A stretch of 64,000 bases of DNA from an uncultured Actinomycetes bacterium (GCA_963704885.1 CAVPIB010000001.1:640001-704000); one strand, 5' to 3'; counted from the stretch's first letter, positions 48,400 to 58,543 are shown. Translations and numbers: made by a program. Notes: generated from the letters alone by a model not told the origin.

Positions 48400-49811
48400 T
48401 CGCGCGCACCAAGCTCATCTGCACGCTGGGCCCGGCTACGAACACGCCCAAGTTCGTGAGCGGTCTGGTCGCGGCCGGCGCCTCTATCTTCCGGCTGAAC
48501 TTCTCGCACGGCGCGCCGAAGGACCACGCGCGCGCCGTCAAGCTGGTGCGCGACGCCGAGGCGAAGGCCGACCGTTCGCTCGCCGTGATGGTGGACCTCC
48601 CCGGCCCGAAGGTTCGGCTCGGGACGCTCCAGCCGGATCCGCGCAGGTTCGTAACCGGCCAGATCTTCGTCTTGGGTCCGGACGCGCCTGCGGGTCGGGA
48701 CGGAGCCACCACCACCTACCCTGGGCTGGCGAAGGACCTGCGCGTGGGCGACCGCGTCCTGCTGGCCGACGGCGCCGTCGAGCTGACGGTCGTCGCGATC
48801 GAGGACGGGTTGGTCCGCACGGAATGCGTTCGCGGCGGGACGGTTCGGTCCGGCCAGGGCGTGAACGTCCCCGCCGAGCGTCTCAGCCTGCCCGCCGTCA
48901 CCGACCGAGACCGTGAAGGGCTGACGCGTGCGCTGGAGCTCGGCGTCGACCTGATCGCCCAGTCGTTCGTACGAGGCCCCGGCGACGTCCAGGAGCTTCG
49001 AGCGCTCATGGGGGACCACCCCGTGCCGCTCGTGGCCAAGATCGAAACGAAGCCTGCCGTGCAGGAGATCGCCGGGATCTTGGATGCGACCGACGCGCTC
49101 ATGGTCGCCCGCGGCGACCTGGGCGTTGAGCTGCCGATGGAGGAGATCCCACTGCTGCAGAAGGATCTGATGCGCGCGGCCCGCCAGGTCGGCCGACCGG
49201 TGATCGTGGCCACGCAGATGCTCGAGTCGATGATCCGCGCGCCGAGGCCCACGCGCGCGGAGGCCACCGACGTGGCGAACGCCGTCCTGGATGGCGCAGA
49301 CGCCATCATGCTGTCGGGCGAGACGGCCATCGGCCGCTACCCGTTCGAAGCCGCGGCGGCGGCGTCTCGGATCGCCGCGGCGGTCGAGGCGCGCGCGCTG
49401 GAGTACCGCGCCGCACAACCCGCATGCAGCCACTCGGGTGAGGGCGCGGCCGTGGCGCACGCGGCGGCGGCCGTGGCCACCGAGGACCGCGATGTGATCG
49501 CCATCACGTGCTACACCGAGACCGGCCGGACGGCGCAGCTGCTCGCGGCCGAACGTCCGGGTGTGCCGGTGTTCGCGTTCATCCCCGACGAACGCGTCCG
49601 CCGGGCGAACGCGCTGCTCTGGGGTGTCACGCCGCTTCCCGCAGGCAAGCCCGTCGACACCGACGAGATGATCGCGCTCATGGATGAAGGCCTTCAGGCT
49701 CATGGCTTGGCCAAGCCGGGCGACGCGGTCGTCATGGCAGCGGCCTCACCCGCCGGCAAGACCACCACGAACATGCTCAAGATCCACCGCGTAGGCTCTC
49801 CCGTCCGCTAG
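48396..49811 (+). CDS. pyk: Pyruvate kinase
   Basis: TKLICTLGPA, RLNFSHG, DLPGPK, AKIE, MVARGDLGVE, ATQMLESM, MLSGETA. Confidence 0.95.
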   Translation: MIARTKLICTLGPATNTPKFVSGLVAAGASIFRLNFSHGAPKDHARAVKLVRDAEAKADRSLAVMVDLPGPKVRLGTLQPDPRRFVTGQIFVLGPDAPAGRDGATTTYPGLAKDLRVGDRVLLADGAVELTVVAIEDGLVRTECVRGGTVRSGQGVNVPAERLSLPAVTDRDREGLTRALELGVDLIAQSFVRGPGDVQELRALMGDHPVPLVAKIETKPAVQEIAGILDATDALMVARGDLGVELPMEEIPLLQKDLMRAARQVGRPVIVATQMLESMIRAPRPTRAEATDVANAVLDGADAIMLSGETAIGRYPFEAAAAASRIAAAVEARALEYRAAQPACSHSGEGAAVAHAAAAVATEDRDVIAITCYTETGRTAQLLAAERPGVPVFAFIPDERVRRANALLWGVTPLPAGKPVDTDEMIALMDEGLQAHGLAKPGDAVVMAAASPAGKTTTNMLKIHRVGSPVR

Positions 49812-49826
49812 CCGTAGTATGCCGAC

Positions 49827-50018
49827 ATGAGCGGATACGGTGTTCCTGGCGTGCCGGGTAGGTCCGGAGGCACGGATCCCGAGAGCACGCGGCTCGACGA
49901 GAAGGAACTCCAGGCGGCCGCCGAGCGGCACGAAGCGGAGGAGAGGGCGCACGCGAGCGAGAAGCCGCGCGACCCGCGATCCTTCTCTCGGCTCTTCAAG
50001 CGCCGTTCTTCGCGCTAG
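49827..50018 (+). CDS. Small hypothetical protein
   Basis: 63-aa ORF filling the gap after pyk. Confidence 0.45.
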   Translation: MSGYGVPGVPGRSGGTDPESTRLDEKELQAAAERHEAEERAHASEKPRDPRSFSRLFKRRSSR

Positions 50019-50029
50019 TCCGTAGCGGA

Positions 50030-50512
50030 CTAGTTGCGATCCAGCGATCCGACGATCGCGTCGACCAGCCATGTGAGATAGCCGTAGAGCGCGAAGGCGC
50101 CCGCGCGAGGATCCTGCGGTGGGAAGTCGGCGTCGCTCGTCTCCTCGGTGATCTCGAGTCGTGTGCCCAGAACCAAACGCAGGTCGTTCGTGACCGAGAG
50201 CCACGCGAGCAGGTCGTCCTCGGAGAGCTGTTCCGCGTCCACGGTGGCGTTCATCCGTTCGATCGCCGCCAGGCGTCCTTTGCTCAGGTCGCCGCCGGCC
50301 ATCCCTTCGAACTCCAGGTTCCGGATGGGATCGTCCAGGTAGGCCGGCGGGTTCAGACGCGCCATGGCTGGGTCGCTGGACGGATCCTCATGTTCGAGCA
50401 GGTCGCGTAGCTGGTCCGGCAGGGGGCGAAGCACATCGCGCTCGCTCGCGTCCAACCGGAGCTCGTACTTGCCACGGCGCGTGCGCCGAACCGGATCGTC
50501 CTCGCCCGTCAC
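50030..50512 (-). CDS. DUF2017 family protein
   Basis: DPAMARL.PPAY, WLSVTNDLRLVLGTRL; downstream of clpS as in Actinomycetota. Confidence 0.85.
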   Translation of the reverse strand: MTGEDDPVRRTRRGKYELRLDASERDVLRPLPDQLRDLLEHEDPSSDPAMARLNPPAYLDDPIRNLEFEGMAGGDLSKGRLAAIERMNATVDAEQLSEDDLLAWLSVTNDLRLVLGTRLEITEETSDADFPPQDPRAGAFALYGYLTWLVDAIVGSLDRN

Positions 50513-50516
50513 GGAC

Positions 50517-50816
50517 TCAGACGTCCTTCTGCATCGTGGCCCACAGGCCGTGTGCGTGCAGCCGGGAGACGTCGAACTCGGCCTTCTCGCGAGCCCCGCT
50601 CGACACGACCGCCTTGCCCTTCGTGTGGACGTCCATCATCAGTTTCTCCGCCTTCGTCCGCGAGTAGCCGAAGAGCTTCTGGAAGACCCAAGTGACGTAG
50701 GACATCAGGTTCACCGGGTCGTTCCAGACGATGACGATCCACGGCGGGTCCGGTTCGGTGACCTCGTCGCCCTCTGGGGGTTCGAGCCTGACCGGCGCCG
50801 TGATCGTCTCGGCCAT
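50517..50816 (-). CDS. clpS: ATP-dependent Clp protease adaptor
   Basis: [11 protein letters not shown]...[13 protein letters not shown]...GLWAT. Confidence 0.93.
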   Translation of the reverse strand: MAETITAPVRLEPPEGDEVTEPDPPWIVIVWNDPVNLMSYVTWVFQKLFGYSRTKAEKLMMDVHTKGKAVVSSGAREKAEFDVSRLHAHGLWATMQKDV

Positions 50817-50821
50817 CAGCG

Positions 50822-51622
50822 TCAGGCCTCCGCGTCGCCGGCGCCGGTTCCCTTGATGTCGAGATCGCGGATGCGGCGAACGCCCCACCTGTACAACGGC
50901 GGCGTGAGCACCCGGAAGGCTTGCAACGGACTCACCCACCGCGGTACCGAGAGCTCTGGGGTGATCTCCTCCTGGACCACGCGGACGATCGCTCGAGCCA
51001 CCCGGTCGACGGGTATCACCAGGCGCTGATCCAGGTTGTCCTGAGGGAAGCCTTCGGTGGAGACCAATCCCGGGTTCACTGCCGTCACCAGCACGCCGGC
51101 ACGTTCGACCTCGTAGGAGAGCGATTCGGAGAACGCCACGACCGCGTGCTTCGTCGCCGTGTAGACGGCGGCACCCGGTCCCGCGAAGCGCCCTGCCAGG
51201 GACGCCACGTTCACGATATGGCCGTGCCTCCGCTTGATCATCCCCGGCAGGAACGCCCTAGTTCCGTAGATCACACCCAGCAGGTTGACGTCGACCACGC
51301 GCTCGATCTGCTCGTAGGTGAGATCCGCGAACGCGCCGCCACCTGGGATACCCGCGTTGTTCACCAAGATGTCGCAGGGACCGTACGCCTCCTTCACGAC
51401 TGCCGGGAGCGAGGCCAGCTGTTCGGGGTCGGTGACATCGCATCGGATGGCGAGCGCGGTCCCCCCGGCGCGCTCGATCCGGTCGGTCAGGTCGTCGAGT
51501 CGCTCCTTCCGCCGGGCCGTGAGCACCACCTTCGCGCCCCGCTGCGCGAGCGCGACGGCCGCCGCCTCGCCGATCCCGGACGATGCTCCGGTCACGACGG
51601 CCACGGTCCCCTTCAGTTGCAT
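50822..51622 (-). CDS. Short-chain dehydrogenase/reductase
   Basis: [17 protein letters not shown]. Confidence 0.9.
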   Translation of the reverse strand: MQLKGTVAVVTGASSGIGEAAAVALAQRGAKVVLTARRKERLDDLTDRIERAGGTALAIRCDVTDPEQLASLPAVVKEAYGPCDILVNNAGIPGGGAFADLTYEQIERVVDVNLLGVIYGTRAFLPGMIKRRHGHIVNVASLAGRFAGPGAAVYTATKHAVVAFSESLSYEVERAGVLVTAVNPGLVSTEGFPQDNLDQRLVIPVDRVARAIVRVVQEEITPELSVPRWVSPLQAFRVLTPPLYRWGVRRIRDLDIKGTGAGDAEA

Positions 51623-51647
51623 GCACGCTCCTCTACCCTTGGGTGCG

Positions 51648-52499
51648 ATGGACGTTATCGAAGCCCACGCCCGGCGACTGCCCGCGCTGGACCATCGCTG
51701 GGTTCCTCGACCCTACCCCCACTCGGAGTTGGCGAGCGCTCTCGAGGGCGGGCGCGTGGCCGGGGTGGCCACGCATCCGTTGGACAACGTCCGCAGGAAT
51801 GCTCGGATGCTGCTGGAAGGCGACCCCGACAAGCGGTTCGGCCTGACGGGACTCTCCGACGGACTCGCGCTCGCCGACGTCCTGCGATTGGTGTCGGCGG
51901 GGGCAGGAGAGACGATAGATCCGGACCAGGAGTACGGAGAGGTGCACATCCACCCGGGTCCGATCCTGGCCGCATGCGAGGCACTGGGTGCGCGCCTCGC
52001 GACGGCCGCTTCACGCGGCGAGGGGGTCCTGATAGCCACCGGGCACCCGGGCGGTCTCGATCTCTTGTATCGCGAGCTGGAAGGACTCCTGATCGCGAAC
52101 GGCGGCCGCGTCGTGAAGCCGGCCGAAGGCGAGAACTGGCGCGACCCGGATCTTGATCACGACTGGTTCGTCGGCTATCTCTCCGGTGTGGGGATGCTCA
52201 CCGACGGGCGCGTGCCCCGACATACGCATCGTCCAGACGGCATGCACACGATGCTCGCCCACGACATCCCCGACCTCGTCTTGGCCGATCACGGGTTCGC
52301 CGGGGCGGCGATCGAGGCCGGGATCGAGACCGTCTGTGTGGCCGACGTGAACGACCCGGCCCTGATCGTGGCCAAGGCGCAGGGGCGGACCGACATCGTG
52401 GTCGTGATGGACGATCACGTGGAGCCGGACGCCTATTGGCCGTGCTTCCAGGCCGCCGCGTCCGCGTTCCAGCAGGTCAGGGGCACGCTTCCCAACTAG
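51648..52499 (+). CDS. Actinobacterial 'Phosphatase' family protein
   Basis: VAGVAT, ATGHPGG, HTH.P, PDLVLADHGFAGAA, ADVNDPAL, DD.V. Confidence 0.75.
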   Translation: MDVIEAHARRLPALDHRWVPRPYPHSELASALEGGRVAGVATHPLDNVRRNARMLLEGDPDKRFGLTGLSDGLALADVLRLVSAGAGETIDPDQEYGEVHIHPGPILAACEALGARLATAASRGEGVLIATGHPGGLDLLYRELEGLLIANGGRVVKPAEGENWRDPDLDHDWFVGYLSGVGMLTDGRVPRHTHRPDGMHTMLAHDIPDLVLADHGFAGAAIEAGIETVCVADVNDPALIVAKAQGRTDIVVVMDDHVEPDAYWPCFQAAASAFQQVRGTLPN

Positions 52500-52541
52500 G
52501 GCTATCCCGGGGACCACCCCTTCCCCTACAATCCGCCCATC

Positions 52542-52739
52542 GTGAGGAAAGAACCTTTCACCGAGGCTCGGCTGTTGACCGTGAACGAGGTCGCAGACCT
52601 CTTGCGCGTATCCAGGATGACCGTCTACCGGCTGATCAAGACAGGGGAGATGTCCGCCTTCAGGGTGGGCAGGGGCTATCGCCTCCGCGAGGAGGACATC
52701 GACAGCTACCTGACCGAGCGCTACACCGAGGCCGGATAA
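52542..52739 (+). CDS. Excisionase-like HTH DNA-binding protein (Rv0500A-like)
   Basis: LLTVNEVADLLRVSRMTVYRLIKTGE..AFRVGR. Confidence 0.88.
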   Translation: MRKEPFTEARLLTVNEVADLLRVSRMTVYRLIKTGEMSAFRVGRGYRLREEDIDSYLTERYTEAG

Positions 52740-52801
52740 CCGGCAGAGCGCTCACGCGCACACGCGGCGCCGAACCTCCGTGAACCGACGGAGGAGGGTC
52801 C

Positions 52802-53692
52802 GTGAACGAGCACGACCGGCTCGTGGACCGAGCCGCGCGCGATGCGCACACCGCGCTGTTCATCGGCGGCATCGACGCCGGGAAAAGCACGCTGGCTCGT
52901 GCCGTGGCGGCGTTCGCGCTCCAGCTCGGGCGTTCCGTCGCCTACCTCGACGTGGATCTGGGTCAGAAGACCGTGGGCCCTCCCGGCGCGGTGGCCCTCA
53001 AACGACTGCGGTCGGCCGACGACCTCACCCTGGATCGGCTCGCGGTGCCCGACGCGGTGGCGTTCGTGGGAGCCACCTCGCCGCAGGGCCACCTGTTGCC
53101 ACTCGTGACGGGTATGGCGCGGCTGCACGCCAGAGCCCTCGAGGAGGGCGCGGACCTGGTCGTGGTCGACACGAGCGGGATGGTCTCGGGCATCTACGGC
53201 CAGCTCGTCAAGTATCACAAGGTGGAGATCCTCCGGCCCGATCTGGTGGTGGGTCTGCAGCGCGGTGAGGAGCTCGACCCGTTGCTCGGGGTGATCGAGC
53301 GATTCTTCAGCGCCGACGTGATCTCGGTCGGCGTACATCCAGCGGTCGTGTCCACGAGCGTGGAGCAGCGAGCCGAGCATCGCCAGCGGTCCATGGCGCG
53401 CTACTTCGAGGGCACGCTCAGCAGGTTCCGGATCCGACCAACCGTGTTCATGCCGACGCTTCCGCCCCTGTTCGATCTGCGGCAGCTCGACCGGTTGCTG
53501 GTCGGTCTGTCGGATGGCGCCGGCGGCTATACGGGCATGGGATACCTGGAGCACCTGCCCGCCGAAGACGCCCTTCGGTTGATCTCGCCTGTGGCAGATC
53601 CGCCCAAGGCCCTTAGACTGGGCTCCGTCCGGCTGGAGGAGACCTACCGCGCCAAGCGCGTCGACCTCCGGAACCTGTTCGGAACAGAGTGA
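52802..53692 (+). CDS. Clp1/Grc3-like polynucleotide 5'-hydroxyl kinase
   Basis: Walker A GGIDAGKST, DVDLGQ..VGPPG, VVDTSG, R...R lid (QRAEHRQR). Confidence 0.75.
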   Translation: MNEHDRLVDRAARDAHTALFIGGIDAGKSTLARAVAAFALQLGRSVAYLDVDLGQKTVGPPGAVALKRLRSADDLTLDRLAVPDAVAFVGATSPQGHLLPLVTGMARLHARALEEGADLVVVDTSGMVSGIYGQLVKYHKVEILRPDLVVGLQRGEELDPLLGVIERFFSADVISVGVHPAVVSTSVEQRAEHRQRSMARYFEGTLSRFRIRPTVFMPTLPPLFDLRQLDRLLVGLSDGAGGYTGMGYLEHLPAEDALRLISPVADPPKALRLGSVRLEETYRAKRVDLRNLFGTE

Positions 53693-53705
53693 GAGTGAGG
53701 GTCGT

Positions 53706-53807
53706 TTGGGGTCGCTGATCAAGAAGCGCCGCAAGAAGATGCGCAAGAAGAAGCACAAGAAGCTCCTGAAGCGAACGCGCCACGCGCGGATGAAGCTGGG
53801 CAAGTAG
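53706..53807 (+). CDS. Ribosomal protein bS22 (AURKAIP1/COX24 domain), not in ORF track
   Basis: MGSLIKKRRKKMRKKKHKKLLKRTRHARMKLGK. Confidence 0.9.
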   Translation: MGSLIKKRRKKMRKKKHKKLLKRTRHARMKLGK

Positions 53808-53828
53808 CCCCCAGGAGGTCCTCGTCCG

Positions 53829-54590
53829 TTGCGCGCCGCGGTCCGCCTCCTTCCGATCCTTCCCGCCACGCTCGTCCTCGCCTTGATCTCGTCGGCCTGC
53901 AACCAGGCTGAGGAGATCCGCGCGCAGGCCCTCGCCAACTCGCAGGCGGTAACGTTCGCGGCGTCGGACGGCGTCGAGCTCGCCGGCCGGGTGTTCGGCC
54001 CCGAGGACGCCACCGCCGGTGTCGTCCTGGCGCACATGCGGCCCGCCGACCAGAGCTCCTGGTTCGATCTCGCGGACCGTGTCGGAGGCCTTGGGTATCG
54101 CGTCCTGACGTTCGACTTCCGTGGCTACTGTCCGGGCGGCGACGCGGGGTGCTCGAAGGGGAAGAAGGAGATCTCGGCCATCTGGCAAGACGTCCAGGGA
54201 GCGGTCGACTACCTGAAGGCGCAAGGCGTTCGTCGCATCGGTCTGGTCGGTGCCAGCATGGGCGGCACGGCCTCGCTCGTGGTCGCTTCTCGACCCGATG
54301 AGGCGATCGTGGCCGTAGTGACCCTTTCTGCGCCGGCATCTATCGACGGGCTGGTGGCCGGACCCGACGTCGTGTCAGCGACGACCGCGGCCAAGCTGTT
54401 CATCGCCGGTAACGGCGACGGGGTCGCAGCCAAGTCGGCGCAGACGTTCTACGACCAGAGCGCGCCGCCTAAGCGCGTGGAGATCTTGACCACGGCGGAT
54501 CATGGAACGGATCTGCTTGAGGGCAATCAGGGCGAGATCGCGCGGAACCTGATCATCGGCTGGCTGGGGCAGTACGTGCCGATCTCATGA
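53829..54590 (+). CDS. Alpha/beta hydrolase lipoprotein
   Basis: Lipobox-like ISSAC, FDFRGY, GASMGG, DHG. Confidence 0.8.
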   Translation: MRAAVRLLPILPATLVLALISSACNQAEEIRAQALANSQAVTFAASDGVELAGRVFGPEDATAGVVLAHMRPADQSSWFDLADRVGGLGYRVLTFDFRGYCPGGDAGCSKGKKEISAIWQDVQGAVDYLKAQGVRRIGLVGASMGGTASLVVASRPDEAIVAVVTLSAPASIDGLVAGPDVVSATTAAKLFIAGNGDGVAAKSAQTFYDQSAPPKRVEILTTADHGTDLLEGNQGEIARNLIIGWLGQYVPIS

Positions 54591-55372
54591 CCAGGCCGAT
54601 CGTCTTCTTGACCGACTACGGACTTGCGGATGAGTTCGTGGGTGTTTGCCGCGGCGTCATGCTGCGGATCGCGCCTGATGCCCGGATCGTGGATCTGGCG
54701 CACGCGATCCCGCGACAGGACGTGCTCCGGGGTGCGCTGACGCTTGGACGTGCGACCACCTACATGCCCGCCGACGCGGTGTACGTCGGCGTGGTGGATC
54801 CGGGCGTGGGCACGGAGCGCCGATCTATCGCGGTGCTCGCCGCCTCGGGAGCGGCCCTGGTGGGACCGGACAACGGGCTGTTGTCGCTGGCGTGGGAGGC
54901 ACTCGGGGGAGCCGAAGCGGCGATCGAGATCGCGGCCGAGCACGTCGTACTGCAGCCGGTGTCGCGAACGTTCCACGGGCGGGACGTCTTCGCGCCGGCC
55001 GCGGCGCACCTGGCGGTGGGGATGCCGCTCGATGAGTTGGGGTCGGCGCTGGCCGTCGACGAGCTCCGTGTCCTGGAGCTGCCCGGTCCGATGGTCGCCG
55101 CGGGTGCGATCGGTGCGAGGGTCACCGGCATCGACGGGTTCGGCAACGTCGAGCTGAACGTGGTCGCAGGCGATCTTGAGGCCGCCGGGTTGGGACCGAT
55201 GCTGACCATCCGCGGCAAGCTGGCGCCACGGGTTGGGATCTTCGCCGACGTCCCGCAGGGGACGCTGGCTGCGATCATCGACTCGCAAGGCCAGCTCGCG
55301 CTGGTCGTGAACCATGGCAGCGCCGCCGAGATGCTCGGCCTGTCAGTAGGGAAGACAGTGGTCCTGGAGTAG
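54587..55372 (+). CDS. SAM hydrolase / chlorinase-fluorinase (DUF62) family
   Basis: LTDYG, VVDPGVG, GPDNG, TFHGRDVFAP, IDGFGN. Confidence 0.9.
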   Translation: MTRPIVFLTDYGLADEFVGVCRGVMLRIAPDARIVDLAHAIPRQDVLRGALTLGRATTYMPADAVYVGVVDPGVGTERRSIAVLAASGAALVGPDNGLLSLAWEALGGAEAAIEIAAEHVVLQPVSRTFHGRDVFAPAAAHLAVGMPLDELGSALAVDELRVLELPGPMVAAGAIGARVTGIDGFGNVELNVVAGDLEAAGLGPMLTIRGKLAPRVGIFADVPQGTLAAIIDSQGQLALVVNHGSAAEMLGLSVGKTVVLE

Positions 55373-55395
55373 GGCGGGGGACCTCGAAGCGTGTA

Positions 55396-55554
55396 TCAAG
55401 GCGTTGGCGTCGGGGAGAAGCTGGGGAGCTGTCCGGGGCTCGTCGGACCTTGGAGGGCCGGGCGATCGCCCGAAGCGATGACCAGTTGGGCGATCCCGGC
55501 AACGAGCAGCAACACCGTCAGCACGATGATCATGATGAGGGTGGGCCGGCGCAC
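55396..55554 (-). CDS. Small membrane/secreted protein (52 aa), not in ORF track
   Basis: MRRPTLIMIIVLTVLLLVAGIAQLVIASGDRPALQGPTSPGQLPSFSPTPTP. Confidence 0.55.
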   Translation of the reverse strand: MRRPTLIMIIVLTVLLLVAGIAQLVIASGDRPALQGPTSPGQLPSFSPTPTP

Positions 55555-55563
55555 AGCTCGAGG

Positions 55564-56424
55564 CTAGCAGCGATCCGGTCGCGGCCGTGATGCTAAGAGC
55601 TCGCTGCCGACGCGCTGACCCACCGGCATCAGGAGCCGCCTCTCCACGTTCTCGCGCATCGAGATCATCAGCTCGCGCAGCCGAGCCGGCTCGGTGAGGG
55701 AGCGCCGCAGGTCGACCTCGAGCGACACCGCGCCCCGATAGGGGCTCGTCGCGAGGTCGTCAAGGAAGGCATCGATCGGAAGCACGCCTTCTCCCGGCGG
55801 CAGGTGCGAATCCCACCCCTTGCCGGCGTTGTCGGAGAGATGCACGTGCCGCAGCCGGCCGTTGAACCGTCGCTGGACCTCGACGAGGTCGTGCGATGCG
55901 ACCGCGGCATGGCTGGTGTCCAGCACCAGATCAGGCAACCCGTCGAGCGCCTCGAGATCCTGGTCGGCGTGGAACGTCACGGCTCTGCCCGCCACGTGGA
56001 CCGGGAACATGTTCTCCACGGCGACCGTCACGCCCGTCCTTGCCATCAGGGCCGGGAGGCGCTCCTCCAGCCATCGGCGGAACGAGCGTTGCCAGCGGTA
56101 GGGCGGGTGGGCGACCACCAGGGGAGCGCCGGCCGCCTCGGCCACTTCGACCGCCCGTTCGATCTTCCCGATCGGATCTGGACCCCATACGCGCCGAGTC
56201 ATCAGGAGACAGGGAGCGTGGATCGCGCCGATCGTCAGCCCGTGCGCCGCGGCGAGCTGCCGCATCCGGCGTGGATCCTGGCTGGCCGGATCCCGCGTGA
56301 CCATGACCTCGACGCCCGTGTACCCGGTCTCTTCGAGCAGGCCGAACGTGGCGTCGAGCGGGCGCGCGAAGAACGCGGCCGAGGAGAACAAGACCCTTGG
56401 GGAAGGGGAAGACATCACTGGCAT
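55564..56424 (-). CDS. Sugar phosphate isomerase/epimerase (TIM barrel)
   Basis: GVEVMV, IHAPCL, AVENMFP, LDTSH, HVHLSD, DSHLPPG, SLEV. Confidence 0.85.
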   Translation of the reverse strand: MPVMSSPSPRVLFSSAAFFARPLDATFGLLEETGYTGVEVMVTRDPASQDPRRMRQLAAAHGLTIGAIHAPCLLMTRRVWGPDPIGKIERAVEVAEAAGAPLVVAHPPYRWQRSFRRWLEERLPALMARTGVTVAVENMFPVHVAGRAVTFHADQDLEALDGLPDLVLDTSHAAVASHDLVEVQRRFNGRLRHVHLSDNAGKGWDSHLPPGEGVLPIDAFLDDLATSPYRGAVSLEVDLRRSLTEPARLRELMISMRENVERRLLMPVGQRVGSELLASRPRPDRC

Positions 56425-56473
56425 CATACGCGACTCGAACCGCGCGCCCGAAAGCCTCTATATCCTCTTGCGT

Positions 56474-57181
56474 ATGTGGATCTTCCCGTTAGCGGCGGCG
56501 GTGGTCGCACTGCTGTTCGCCGCCCTGCTGGGCAAGCAGTTCCTACTGCGCCGGCGGTCGTATCAGCTGCTTTGGGCGCTCGCGATGCTGATGTACGCGG
56601 CGGCGTCGGCCGCGGTGGTGATCGGAGCCCTGAACGGTTGGAGCCGGCTGGATCTCCAGCTGTATTGGCTGTTCGGGGCGGTACTCAACGTGCCGTTCCT
56701 TGCGGCAGGGGAGCTCCAGCTGCTGATACGCAACCGTACCGCCGAGCTGATCCTCGACGTGTTGCTCGTGTTCTTGGTGGCGTACGCGTTCTCGGTCGTA
56801 CGTGTGGCCGCTACCGACGCCACGGCTCTGGCGGAGCAGCTGCCATCGGGCAAGCACGTCTTCGGTGACGGGGCGCCCGCGCACCGGCTCCCGCAATTGA
56901 TCTCGATCCCGTCTTACCTGATCCTCGTCGGAGGCGCGCTCTGGTCCGCCTGGCGGATGCGTGGTCGTCCCGAGCTTAGGGATCGCTTCGTGGGGACGCT
57001 CCTGATCGTACTGGGCGCCACGATCATCGCGGGGTTCGGCTCGGCGTTCGCGGCGCTCGGCAAGCTCCCTCTCTTCTCTATCGCCCTCCTCGCGGGGATC
57101 ACGGTGATGTTCTGGGGCTTCCTGCGGGCGTCCCGCACGGCTCCGGAGCGGGCTCCGGCTGCCGCATCCACGTCTTCCTGA
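56474..57181 (+). CDS. Multi-pass membrane protein
   Basis: About seven hydrophobic segments. Confidence 0.75.
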   Translation: MWIFPLAAAVVALLFAALLGKQFLLRRRSYQLLWALAMLMYAAASAAVVIGALNGWSRLDLQLYWLFGAVLNVPFLAAGELQLLIRNRTAELILDVLLVFLVAYAFSVVRVAATDATALAEQLPSGKHVFGDGAPAHRLPQLISIPSYLILVGGALWSAWRMRGRPELRDRFVGTLLIVLGATIIAGFGSAFAALGKLPLFSIALLAGITVMFWGFLRASRTAPERAPAAASTSS

Positions 57182-57201
57182 CCGGTCGTGGGGGCGGAGG
57201 C

Positions 57202-57915
57202 CTAGGTTGCCGCCTGCCACACCGGATCTAGGGGCGCAGCCGGGACGGATCCGGCTGGCTCCACCGTGATCAGGATCCGGTCGAACACATTGGGATCGAA
57301 TCCGAGGTGCACGACCGTGAGACCCCGTTCTGGCAGGAACTCCGCGGCGAACGTCGGTTCGATCCCCGAGACCAACCACACCCGATAGACGGTTCCGGGC
57401 GGGGGAGACGGCAGGTCGCGTCCCACCAGGTAGAACTCTTCCACCCCGGGCTCCGAGATCTCGGTGATGGGGTCGGTGCTCGCCGAGTTGGCGTCGACCG
57501 ACGCCATGGAGGCTCCCGGCCGCCGGGCGAAGTCGAACGCCTGGGCGATGTCGTTCATCCGGGACTGCGTGTTGTTGGCACGGACCCCTTGGGACACGGT
57601 GAGGCCGGCCAATCCCACCACTGCCACGACACTCGCCGCTACAGCGAACATGGCGCCGGGGCGTCGGCGGGGACCCTGGATCCCGAGATCCCCGTGGAGG
57701 CGGGGCAACAGCGTCTCGGGCGGGTCGAGCGGTTGGGTCGCGAGCGCCAGATCCGCGGCAACCCCCTGGAAGACGGCGAGCGAGTCCCGGCATGCCGGGC
57801 AGGATGGAACGTGCTCGGAGAGCAGGTGGTCGGCCCGGACGGCGTCCTCGCCAGAGAGGCTTCGCAGTACGTAGCCGGCCAGCAGCTCCTCGATCGCTTC
57901 GTGGCTCTCCGTCAC
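57202..57915 (-). CDS. RskA-like anti-sigma factor (zf-HC2)
   Basis: EHVPSCPAC, one TM helix, YRVWL and ITVEPAG RskA motifs. Confidence 0.85.
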   Translation of the reverse strand: MTESHEAIEELLAGYVLRSLSGEDAVRADHLLSEHVPSCPACRDSLAVFQGVAADLALATQPLDPPETLLPRLHGDLGIQGPRRRPGAMFAVAASVVAVVGLAGLTVSQGVRANNTQSRMNDIAQAFDFARRPGASMASVDANSASTDPITEISEPGVEEFYLVGRDLPSPPPGTVYRVWLVSGIEPTFAAEFLPERGLTVVHLGFDPNVFDRILITVEPAGSVPAAPLDPVWQAAT

Positions 57916-58484
57916 ATCTGATCCTCTCGGTAGAGCACCCGGCGGAGCTTGCGCATCGCCGCCAACGTCCTGGTCTTCACGGTCCCGATCGGGATCCCCA
58001 GCTCTTGGGCGATCGCGGCCTGCGTTTCTCCCTGGTAGTACGCCATCTCGAGCACCTGTCGTTGGTCCGGGGAGAGCGTCTCGAGCGCTTCTCGGAGCTC
58101 CCGGCGACGGATCCCCAGGAAGTCCTTGTCCACGACGTCTTCCGCTACGTCTTCGCCGGTCAGCGGCTCGAGGTTCGCCGCACGCTCGCTTCGTTTGCGC
58201 AGTCGCTCCTCCCGGCGGACCGTGTCCACCGCTTTATGGTGCACCAGAGAGAGGAAGAACGTGCGGAAGGCACCGCGTGCGGGGTCGAACGCTTCAGGGG
58301 CTCGCCACAGCGCCAGGAAGGCGTCGTGGACGGCGTCTTGCGCCAGGACCTGTTGCCCGGTCAACCGATATGCCAGCCCGAATGCGGTAGGGCCGTAGCG
58401 ACGGTACAGCTCGTCGAAGGCGCCGCGATCACCCGCGGAAAGGCCGCGGTGGAGCTCCAGGTCGTCTAGATCGGCTTCAGGCAC
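57912..58484 (-). CDS. ECF sigma factor (SigK-like)
   Basis: GDRGAFDELY, FDPARG, AYYQGETQAAIA..LGIPIGTVKTR. Confidence 0.88.
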   Translation of the reverse strand: MPEADLDDLELHRGLSAGDRGAFDELYRRYGPTAFGLAYRLTGQQVLAQDAVHDAFLALWRAPEAFDPARGAFRTFFLSLVHHKAVDTVRREERLRKRSERAANLEPLTGEDVAEDVVDKDFLGIRRRELREALETLSPDQRQVLEMAYYQGETQAAIAQELGIPIGTVKTRTLAAMRKLRRVLYREDQM

Positions 58485-58543
58485 GTGGGCTCAGTTGTAT
58501 CACCCAGATCTGAGGCGGCGGCTCGGCTCTGTAGCATCGAAGC

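Noticed and set aside
58500-58535. Third copy of the ECF promoter motif
   Set aside because: CTCTGTA is present but there is no GTAAACG at the 17-nt spacing.
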